A DNA stretch of 63,991 nt, the filler included, from Streblomastix strix (lineage: Eukaryota), in assembly GCA_008636045.1 (NCBI GenBank). It is 3 parts of 3 records of this genome, joined end to end, with 100 filler letters (N's around TTAATTAATTAA, not from the genome) between each part and the next. Parts side by side here need not be neighbours in the genome. Positions count along the whole stretch, not along the records: positions 43,937 to 63,991 come from SNRW01000462.1; 2 more parts are not named here. One strand, given 5' to 3'. The position numbers were made by a program, and so were the translations under genes. The notes below the pieces were generated by a model. It had not been told where the DNA came from, made no database searches, and saw only the letters and a program-made list of their open reading frames with translations. Shown piece after piece: positions 53,768 through 63,991 of this stretch (within the stretch, counting starts at the first letter, position 1; each line of letters starts with the position of its first letter).

Positions 53768-56700
53768 ATGGAAGAAGAAGATAATCCTATTGCAGTTGGT
53801 GATATCGTCAATAGTAGATATAAAATAGTTAGATGCATCACCAATAGAAGCGATAGGATGATTTTCTTTGCACTTGATACTTAAATGAAACAAGTTGCTA
53901 TAAAATTCGAATAAGATACTGGAGAACAGACTGCTGTTTGTACGGAAGCTGCAATTTTGAATATATTAGGTATTATATTTTTTCTTTACACGAAATAATT
54001 TCTTATTGGTTACTTTATAAATGATAATTTTATAGCTGGATCAAGAAATATTCCTTAATTCCTTCATTTTGGTTTGCATAAAAACTATAAATATCTCGCT
54101 ATGGAACTATTGGGGCCAAATTTGATGTTTAGAAATAATTATTAATTAAATTGTTCTTATTTATTATTATTTATTTTCAGAGATTTGGTAAACTATAAGA
54201 AGCCATATAAATTCAGTCTTCATTCAATATTGAAGTTTGGTATATAAGCAATTGAGGCAATTCAAGTTGTTCATAGTAAAGGATTTGTCCATCGAGATAT
54301 CAAGCCTGTATGATATCAGCATTCATTTTAATCAATTATTAATATATAAATATATAATTTTGAATCATAGGGCAATTTTTTGATTGGAAATACACCTGAC
54401 ACATTTAACCTATTTAAACTCACTGGTTTTGGTATGTGCAAGAAGATCCACAAAGTTGATGGCATAATTACTTAGGTAAATATATTCTAATATTCATTGT
54501 CAATTATTTATATTATTATTAATCTATCAAGCCAATGAATAAAACTAATTTCTGAGGAACAAAGAATTACTCATCATTAAATGCGCACCATCTTGTTGAA
54601 TAAGGGAGAAATGATGATCTGATTTCACTGTTATATATTCTAGTTGAGTTTCATAATGGAATGTTACCTTGGTCAGATGTTGAAGATATGGTTTGAATAT
54701 TCATTGGTTTTATTTAATAAAATTATTATTAATAATAAATATTTTTTTTTTTTATTTTTTTATTTTTTTATTTATAATATTTATTTATAATATTTATTTA
54801 TAATATTTATTTATTATTTTTCAGAAGAAAATAGAGAAATTAAAGTTTGGTTATCACGGTCTTAAATTATTTAAATGGCTTCCCAAACAATTCCTTGAAT
54901 TTGAATCATACATTTTAACATTAGATTATACAACAAATCCAGATTATGCATATCTCATATCCTTACTTAAATAAGTAGCTGATGAAAATGAAATTGATCT
55001 GAATAATCCATTTGAATGGGAATAAGAAATAAATAATGAGAGAAATCATGTAATTAGATATTATTCATAATAAGCTTATGATATTGATATCAAAATAAAA
55101 GAATTAGAAAATGAAAAGAAAAAAATTGAAGATGAAAATAATAATGATGATAATTTAGAAAAGATTGTATGATTAGATAAATAGATTAATAACTAAAAAG
55201 AATTAAATATTAATCCATATAAATTGGAAATAAAATTAAACTCACTTAATTTAATCAATAAATTATAGAAGAAGAATGATCAAATGTATAAATTGTAATA
55301 ATAATAATAAATAAATAATCCAAGAAACTAAATATTTCATAATAATTTTAAATAACATATTCACGCTATTAAATCATATCACTATAAAAATGAATTATCT
55401 GATATATTCACAATTAGAAAAGTTTCATATTCTCCTTTTAATTCTCATATTAACTTAGTTTCATCAAATATTTTGAATAATTAGAATAAATAAAATGAAT
55501 CATAAAATAATTTGGATAATTTAAATGAATAATCCAAATATCTTTTGCAAAATTCATCTAATTTCAACAATCCTCGTATTCATACTAAAACAAACACTGA
55601 CCAAGAATTACTTATATTAATTAACGCACTTGTTGATTCGGATTAAAATGCAGATTAAGGAATTAAATAATCTGTTATGCAGATTAAAGGAGCTAATTAA
55701 GAATGCCAGAATAATAATTTAGAACAATTTAAGGACTAAATGAAATAGAAAGATGAATAAAACATTAAAATCAATTGGGAATAATTTATGGGATCAGTTG
55801 ATGGAAGAAGAGAGAATGAATTACTTGAATCTTATGATGTATTGAATAGTACTGATGTATTAAGTAAAAGAATAAGTCACCAAGTTAATGAATGCATAAA
55901 TCCTATAGTTAATAAATAACAGCAGTAGTAATTATAATCTTAATCAATTAATGTAGCTCATCAAACGAGAAATAATCATGAATTAGAATTTAAATAAAAT
56001 TTAGACAATCCTCCGCAAACTCTCACAAATAAATAATAACCACATTAATCCAATCCAATAATTACTTCAACATCTGACTGATTACCCATTAAAAGATAAC
56101 TGAATCCATAATTACATGAATCCAGAAGTCATCCAATAACTGAAGTCATTCACAACAAACCTGGTTAGAATCTTACAAATAAAGCATTCTTTAACAAAAT
56201 GAATGTTAATAAATAAGATCAGATACTATTTTCATAATCAATGCTGGAGCTTTAATATATCCCAACAATTCAAGTAGGATAATAACTATCAGAATAAATA
56301 GAACAGTGGAATTTATCAGTTGAATCATAAAAAAGTGATAAAAATCAAATAAAACAGTTAAATGATGATTAAAATGATTAAAATAATGATTTTCAAGGTA
56401 ATGAAGGATTATTAATAAAAAGAAGTCTTAGTAATAATGATGCAAATTAATTCAGTAATCACATGAAACAAAAATATATAATTAAGACATCATCGTTTAC
56501 AGAATATGATTAGGAATAATAATTAAATAAAAAAGATGTTTTAAAGAATTAGAATAACCAAGAAATAAAATTATCTACTAGTGTTATTCAGCAATAATAG
56601 TTAATAAGCAAATCCAATTAAATTCAAAATTAAAATTAAAATTAAAATGAAATTTAATTAAATAATACGCAAATAGATAACAATATTTAATCTCCATTTT

Positions 56701-57389
56701 CTATTCACTAATCAAAATATATTGAAACTACTAATAAAATTCCAACATAAGATAATTAAGATAACTTATTACTTACTCTTTCGAATATAGACAGTAATTT
56801 ATAAGTAGAACAGTCATTATTAAACACAAATAACTTAATAATCTAATAAGACAATTCTATTCTACCATAAAACTTATCAATAATTCCTCGTTCTACTGTA
56901 AACTCTACTTAATTATCATAGAATTAATAATATCGTACTCCTTTGTTTACTAATGAAGCTATATTAAATACAGATTCAATGACTTAATTTGCTATAAATA
57001 CATCTTCTAACAATTTTACCAGTCCTAACACTCATCTAAATGATAGACATTCACAGTTGATTGGTAATCATAAAGCTTGGGAAATGGATGATGAAGAAAA
57101 ATAATTTGAAGAGAAAGAAAAAGATAAAGAAAAAGAATATGAATAAGAGTAAGAGAAAGAATAAGAGAAAGAAATATAATAAAAAGAATATGATTAAAAG
57201 ATAGATTTAAATGATGAAAATAACTAAAAACCCAATAATAACTAGGAGAATGAGAGAGTCATTGAGAATTTAAATGTCTCAAATATTGACTTGCACTCAG
57301 AACACAATATATAATCATAAGTTAATGATAATAATGCTGATATTGAGATAAGAGTTAAAAATGATTAATCATGTTGTGCAATACTTTGA
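53768..57389 (+). CDS. CK1/TTBK-family (pseudo)kinase with long Gln/Asn-rich tail and C-terminal CCAIL prenylation motif
   Basis: VAIKFE, YLAMELLGPNL, FVHRDIKPGNFLIG, LTGFGMCKK (DFG->GFG), F*GTKNYSSLNAH, GRNDDLISL, LPW, PDY, PFEWE. Five introns; in-frame TGAs at 54553, 55170 and 56079. Confidence 0.85.
54768..54815. repeat. Intronic minisatellite (TTATTTATAATAT-like unit, 3-4 copies)
   Basis: Tandem copies directly visible. Confidence 0.7.
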
Positions 57390-57774
57390 TATTAATATCA
57401 GTAAATTTTACTTTTACTTTTATTTTTATTTTTATTATTTTTTTTTTGATTTATAATTGATATTTCATTTATTAATTTATGTTGATCATTGGCATTTGAG
57501 AGAAAATATGAATTATTTCAATATAAAATAAGGAATTTGTGGATATATTCATATTTTCTACCTGTCTAATTAATTTTATATTCTACTATTATAGATAAAC
57601 TAATTACTTCTTTTTTTATGAGTCTTTTACCACTTCATTTATTAATATTTACATTAAATTTTAAAGTTAACCTCAATTTTACCTATTTGAAAATTCTATG
57701 TATTTTTAATTGAATTGTCAAAATTTACTTTCTATAAATTGTATCTCTTAAAAATGATAAATTTTGTTATTATA

Positions 57775-57906
<132 letters not shown>

Positions 57907-58105
57907 CATTTTAAGAGAATTGTTGCCATATAGTATTATTTACTTAAACTATTGCATATTGGTAATTATTTTATTTTTGTAATAATAAATACAGAACTTC
58001 TTATCTTATTCAAGTTCACAATATCTTTATTTATTTATTTAAACTATGATATTGAAAAAAGGTTAATTAAGGAATTTAGGTTTCATAAAAAATATTTATA
58101 ATTAT

Positions 58106-58913
58106 TCATAGTTCTGATGCAAATTTCATAAATTCTTTATAACTCACTTTCCCATCACCAATAGTACCTGAAAGTAAATTTAAAGAGATATGTAATATAA
58201 ATATTTTTGAACTATAATTGGTTTGCTATTGTTTATCAAACTAAATTCATTCATTAATTCTTCAATTTCTTCATCTTATAATACTAAATAATTTCCCTTA
58301 ATGATCTTTACATTTAAATAACATTAATGAATATATTAATCATAAATTAAAAAAAAATATCTTAGAAAACATTTCGTATTTCTGATCCCGAGACAAATCC
58401 ATTTTCATCCAACTTTAACTCCTGACATGCTTTGAGAAAATCTTCTCTGCTTTTAATTAGATCCATTCTCTATTATATAATCTCCAGAAAAAAGGGAAAT
58501 TTGAATTTCCAGCTTTTATCCATACCAAATGTTTCTTTATCTTCTTGATCATTTTATTTCAAGTTTAAGTTGAGATGGTTTAAAGCTATAATTGAAGAAA
58601 AATAAACGGTATTATTAAAGAAATAGAAGTTAGTTTACCTTCAAATACTTCTTTTGTTGTTAATGAGTTATCTTTGTCTCTGTCAAATAGCGAAAAAACT
58701 TATCGAAACTTAGCTATTTAATCTTCAGAAAATTTTATGTCAGAAGCAATTTCTTCATCGTCAATTATGAACCTATACATAATAAAAATTGATTAAAAAA
58801 ATTAATGTAGATTCATAAATTTAAGAAAATTAATAAAAATAAATTTAAATCGTGTAATTTATGAATTTGTAGTTTATTATATTACCAATTAGTTATAATT
58901 ATATTATATTCAT
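58106..58913 (-). CDS. Divergent calmodulin-like EF-hand protein, multi-exon
   Basis: FSEDQIAKFRQVFSLFDRDKDNSLTTKEV...LDENGFVSGSEIR...DEEIEELMNE...GDGKVSYKEFMKFASEL-TGA; start uncertain. Confidence 0.75.
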
Positions 58914-59309
58914 ATAAATTTTGATTTAATTTGACTAACATAATAAATTTTTATAAGTAAAAATTGTGAAAAAAAACAATAAGTTATGAATTATTATAAA
59001 GTTTGTAGAAATTCTGGTAAACAACACAAGATTTATAAACAGAGCATACTTACAACACTAGTCTTCACGAAATCTAACAATTAAACAAAAAAATATATGA
59101 AAAATTGCATAAAAATATTTTTTTCTAATAATTTTTTCAAAAAATATTGTTTTCTACCTAATTTATCAGATTTATTGGTTATAATTTTTATAATTTCAAT
59201 TTTTTATTATATAATAGAAATATTTTCAAATGCAAACTCTTCCATAAACTTCACATTAAGTAAAGTTTTCAGGGTAAATTAAAAAATTTAAAACAAAAAT
59301 AAAGTAAAA

Positions 59310-59960
59310 TCACCATTACTTATTCCATTAATTCACTAAATATTAAAAGTTGTTAATTAATATATTAAAAGCATTTAATGCATAGATCTTTACATCTCCG
59401 TTATATTATTTGTTGAATAGCAGTGCTTATATTTCTTTGTTTCCATTTTCTTCTTCGATTTACTCAAAAGATGTCTTTTCAAGATCAAGCAATTGTTTGA
59501 AACGAGGCTAATAATACTAATTTCCATAATGAATTGATTTCATAAAATGAATGAAAAGAGCTATTGTGTATACTATATCTTTATTATCTAATAAACTACT
59601 ATAACCAGCTAATCCTATATTCTACGAGAAAACAGTGACATAGCCATCTTTTATAAATAAGGCATGTAATGATGAGTCACCGTATGATTGAATCTCAGTT
59701 AAACATTGGAGGCTGTTCCATCTTATTTATTTTGCTTCTATAGAACCTTCTTTATCACAATGATTCGTTATTTTGAATTAGGACAGTTTAATAAGAGAAG
59801 AGATTAAATATGGAGTAGTTGAAGCAGAGTGGCAAATATCAGGTTTGTTATTGAGACAGTTTGAAAGTTGAATTAGAGAGAGTAATAATGATGATGAATA
59901 AATATATTCATTATTTGTATATGTAACTACTGCTTCAAATATATTCTTAAAAACTGACAT
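59310..59960 (-). CDS. Hypothetical helical-repeat family protein (~216 aa), single exon
   Basis: ORF-track 59778-59960 continues with TAR=Gln (IRWNSLQCLTEIQSYGD...EQIEEENGNKEIQALLFN) to TGA 59310. Confidence 0.7.
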
Positions 59961-60555
59961 CCTAAATCAAAAAAAATTAAAAAAAAATTGATGCTAAGAG
60001 TTAAATTTTGTTAAAATGTCAAATATATACATTTAATAAGTATTTAAGTTGTGATTAAATATATTTAAATGAAACATATTGCTCTAGTTAAGGATAAAAG
60101 GTCGAATATATAAAAAAAATTTTAGTCTTGAATTTAAACAAAGCAAAAAAAGATTAAATTTTAATATCTATAAAAATCTGTATATATTTATAAAAAATAA
60201 AGAATTAATTTGAAAAAATACTAATATATATTGAATTTGTAGAGTAAATTACATTTTTTTAATTTCTGCTAATAAATCTGCTTTAACAAGAAAATTAAGA
60301 TTAAAAAATATTAATATATAAATATAAGCAAAATTATAAATGATATATAACTCTGGATTCTTAAATACGAAAATTTTTTTATAGAACAAAGGTTTGTAGA
60401 TTTCTTGGAGCACAGGTTGTATTGCGCATAGTACTCCTTTATAACATCTTGCATTTTATTTTTTATAATATAAAATTAAACAATTTTTATGTTTTATTTC
60501 CTTATACGCGCTTACAATCATTATTTCCAATTTTTATTTTTTTTTTATTTATTTT

Positions 60556-62807
60556 ATGGTCACAAGAATGAGCGCTGATCCTAAAAAATTGCCAGATACA
60601 TCAATTCGTTTTTCAATAGATACCGATAGAAATTTACCTCAAGGGGCATTGGTTTGAAAAAAAAAATATTTTTTATTATTTTTGATTTAAATTACAATAT
60701 AAATACTATAATTACTATAAATATTTATAAAACTTTTTAAATTTCAATTTCTTAACTTAATTGGTATTAAAACCATTTTTTTTACCAGCCAGGAACCATG
60801 ACAGCTCAAATCCAAAAACTCCTCGCTGATAACCAAACACTTCAAAGAGAAAAAGATGAAATCGAGTCAAAATTCAGCGAGAAAATCGAGACACTTGAAT
60901 CCAGCCTTCAAATTGAAAAAGAGAAACGAGAAGAAGCTGAAGAAAGAGCTCAGATAGCAGAAGAAGAGTTGATCAAAGAAAAGAAGGAAAAAATGGATAT
61001 AAAAGTGAGATTAGAGAATGAAAATGAAATAGAAAAGAAACTTATTGAGAAAGAGAACGATAGAAAATAAATAGAATTGAAGTTGAAATATGAAACTGAA
61101 GTGAAAAATGATGCAATCAGCAAAACAGAAAAAGCAGAAAGAAGCAAAAAAACTGAAATTGAGAAAAGAAGAAACGCAGAAGATGAGAATCGAAGATTAA
61201 GGAAAGAAACAGAAAAACAAAAGAATGAAATAATTAATAAGAACAAAGAACTTGAAGACAGATTGGCACTTGCTTGTGACTATGAAACTAAATATTTGGC
61301 TGAATTTGAAGAGAGGGAAAGAATGAAGAAAGAATATGAATAGAGAATTGAATAAGAAATTAATCGGAGGATTTAATCTGATAAAGAGAAGCTTGAAGAG
61401 AAGAAAAGAAAAGAAAAAGTTACTGAAAGAGCAGAAACAGCTGAAAAATCAATATTTGAGGTTGAAGAAAAGCTTCTCGTTGCATAAAAGGACTGTCAAG
61501 TGAATAATGAAGAATGCATTGAAGCAAAATAATAATTAAAAGAATATTAATAAAAGTTTGATGAAGAATAAATGAAAAGAAAAGAAGCAGAATCAGCTAA
61601 ATTTAAAGTTAAATAAAAGAATTATTAATTGAATCTTGAGAATGAAAGGATAAAATATGAAGTTGCAAGAATGAAAATTAAATATGGAGAAGAAAAGATT
61701 GATCTAGTGATTATAGAAATTGAAAATAAAGAAAAAGAGAAAGATTCAAAAATTCAATAATTGGAAGAATCCAATCGAATTAAAGATGAATAATTAAGAT
61801 TAAAAGAAGAAGAACTCAAACATGAACGAGATGAGTAAGAAAAAGAAAAAACTGAGAAAATAAGAAAAGAATAAGAAAACAATTCATTAAAAACTGAAAA
61901 TGAGAAGTTGAAGGAATAAATTGATAAAATGAAACCTAAATTGCCTTTAAGTATATTTTTATTAGAAATAAAGTATTTAATTTAATAAAATATTATTTTA
62001 TTAATTTTAAAATCATTAAAATATCAGATTCTCCAATTGCAATAATCAATTAAGATGCTCCTGATTTTGAATTAATTGATATTGATGGACTGAAAAAGAA
62101 GATCATAAAGAAATGAGACAAATGGAATACAATTTCATTGAGTTAAGTTATTGTAGATGGAATTTGGGAAATGGAGTCAGAATTCGCGAAAGATAATTAT
62201 GCAGGTTTATTTTCAATTATTATTTTTATTAAATTAATATTTTAATAATTTTTTAAGCTGTTGGCATTGTTCGTGATTCGCATAGTCTTGTTGCTGGAGT
62301 TGCATCTAGCGAAAGTCCAAGTATATTAATTACAACTTATTTAATTACATAAATATTATCTTTATCTTTATTTTTAGATGACTAACATATAGCTGCGTTA
62401 TATAATCAGTATAATTTTTTTATTTTATAAATATAATAAATTAATTAAATTATTAATATTTAAAAGATCGTGGGGTAGTGGATATGTTCGTTGCAAAGGA
62501 AATCAAACACCAGGAAACACAGGATTCAATGGAAAATAAAAAGTGAAGTAATAATTTGATTCAGGAAAAGGAACATTAATATTCTTCATCGATGGAATCC
62601 AATAACCAGTTTATATTGCTGGAATCAAAGAGAAAGTTAGATTCATTGTATTTTAAATATTTTTATTTATTATTAAAACAATTAATTATTGAATTATTCC
62701 AGTTATGTTGGTTCCATGCTGACTAATCATGCATCATTCATTCACTTAAGAAACTTGCAGAGCCAACAACATCACATGTCGCCAACGAAATAGCTGTCCA
62801 ATGGTGA
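60556..62807 (+). CDS. Coiled-coil + SPRY/B30.2-like domain protein (paralogue of 10422-12509)
   Basis: Long K/E coiled coil, then NTISLSQVIVDGIWEMESEF...FDSGKGTLIFFIDGIQQPVYIAGIKEKVRFI...HVANEIAVQW-TGA. One in-frame TGA at 62114-62116. Confidence 0.8.
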
Positions 62808-63083
62808 AGAAAATCGAAGAGTATCAAATAAATAATAAATAAATATGTTCCTTTAAAAATTATTTTGAAATGGTGCATTTATTGAATATCAGTACAAAAT
62901 ATTAAGTAAAAAACCGAGTTATTAATATACGAGTTTGCTTTGGTGGTAAAACTATTAAATTAAATGGAACATTAAATAATGAGATGAGCTCAAAAATACA
63001 AATATTAAATAATTAATAATTTCTTTGAATATTCATTATATCAATATTCATATTCAAAGTTGAATATCATTCTTTATTCATAT

Positions 63084-63991
63084 TCAAACACCAGGCATCA
63101 GTTTCATGTATAGAACAAGTGCAATGACCAATACAACAACAATGATGATGACTGAACAGATAATCAATTAAAATAAGAAAATAATTAATAATATAAGTAA
63201 TAATTTATATGAATCAATATAATAAAATATTAATAAACATTTAAATTAAAAATAAATGAACAAACCAGCAATGATTCCCCAGAAAATAATTCTCTTCTTA
63301 TAAGCCATCAAACTGTACTTCGCATATTTATCAACACGCCAAAGGTGGGAATGAAGTATCAGGTCTCTGTGGATCAGCCAATCTTGGATCAATATTTGGA
63401 TCTTTTTATCCTTTTAAAACTGGTTTACCATTCATTTATGCATCAGTTACAACATCAAGACTCATTTGATCTCAACTTTTCCTTGAATACATTTGAACAT
63501 TGGATGAGTCATATTCAGCCATTGTTTCGGAATAGAAACAACATTCTTTGTTCTATAAGCTTTCTTGTATATGCCACCCAAGTGAAGAACAGCTTCAGCA
63601 ATAGATGCATTTGAATGAATAATATTCTTGTCCCAAACTTATAAACAGAATCTTGGAACTTTTGATGGAAGAATCAATGCATAGATCATTCGATAGTTCA
63701 AGTTTCCAGTTCCATTAGTTGATCTCCAATGAACATCAGTTTCTTATTTGTTTAATGATTTATCCAACAATTTCGCATTTCCTGGAAGTTCCTCACCACA
63801 AACATCTTCATTCCGAATAACTTGCATATACCCACTCAAATAGATATCTCACATATCTTAAATAAAAAATGGATTATCACAGCTCCACATTTCCTGGCAG
63901 AAGTTCTTTGGTTTAGTCAACACTGAATTCAGTTTCTCTGTTGCTGCTGCATTAGCTGCTTCAAATTCTTCATATGCTCCATCACCATCTA
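63084..63991 (-). pseudogene. 3' end of a ferlin-like gene (last C2 domain + tail anchor) with frameshifts
   Basis: QETDVHWRSTNGTGNLNYR, LQVWDKN, GKVE, DPNIDPRLADPQRPDTSF and a C-terminal TM helix. TGA at 63849 and two indels near 63470 and 63342. Confidence 0.72.

Overview
This is AT-rich, intron-containing eukaryotic nuclear DNA made of three contigs joined by artificial 100-nt N/TTAATTAATTAA/N linkers (21873-21972, 43837-43936). The supplied ORF track uses the wrong code: genes open only when TAA/TAG are read as Gln, and well-defined genes end in TGA. The code, short GT-AG introns and gene families suggest an oxymonad such as Streblomastix (inference). Genes include a >3000-aa low-complexity protein, two coiled-coil/SPRY-like paralogues, shugoshin, a repeat-built secreted protein, a vWA protein, a NEK-type kinase with ARM-like repeats, a 2584-aa intronless AbpF-like protein, a CK1/TTBK-like kinase ending in CaaX, a calmodulin-like protein and a ferlin 3' end. 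Mobile elements are an intact pogo/Fot1-type DD35D transposon, a long-TIR MITE and a decayed DIRS-like retroelement. The most striking signal is in-frame TGA in many frameshift-free genes, often in Trp-like contexts and upstream of intact conserved C-termini. This suggests UGA may be both sense (Trp) and stop, leaving no dedicated stop codon. Pseudogenes and assembly error are not excluded. All translations were done by hand.
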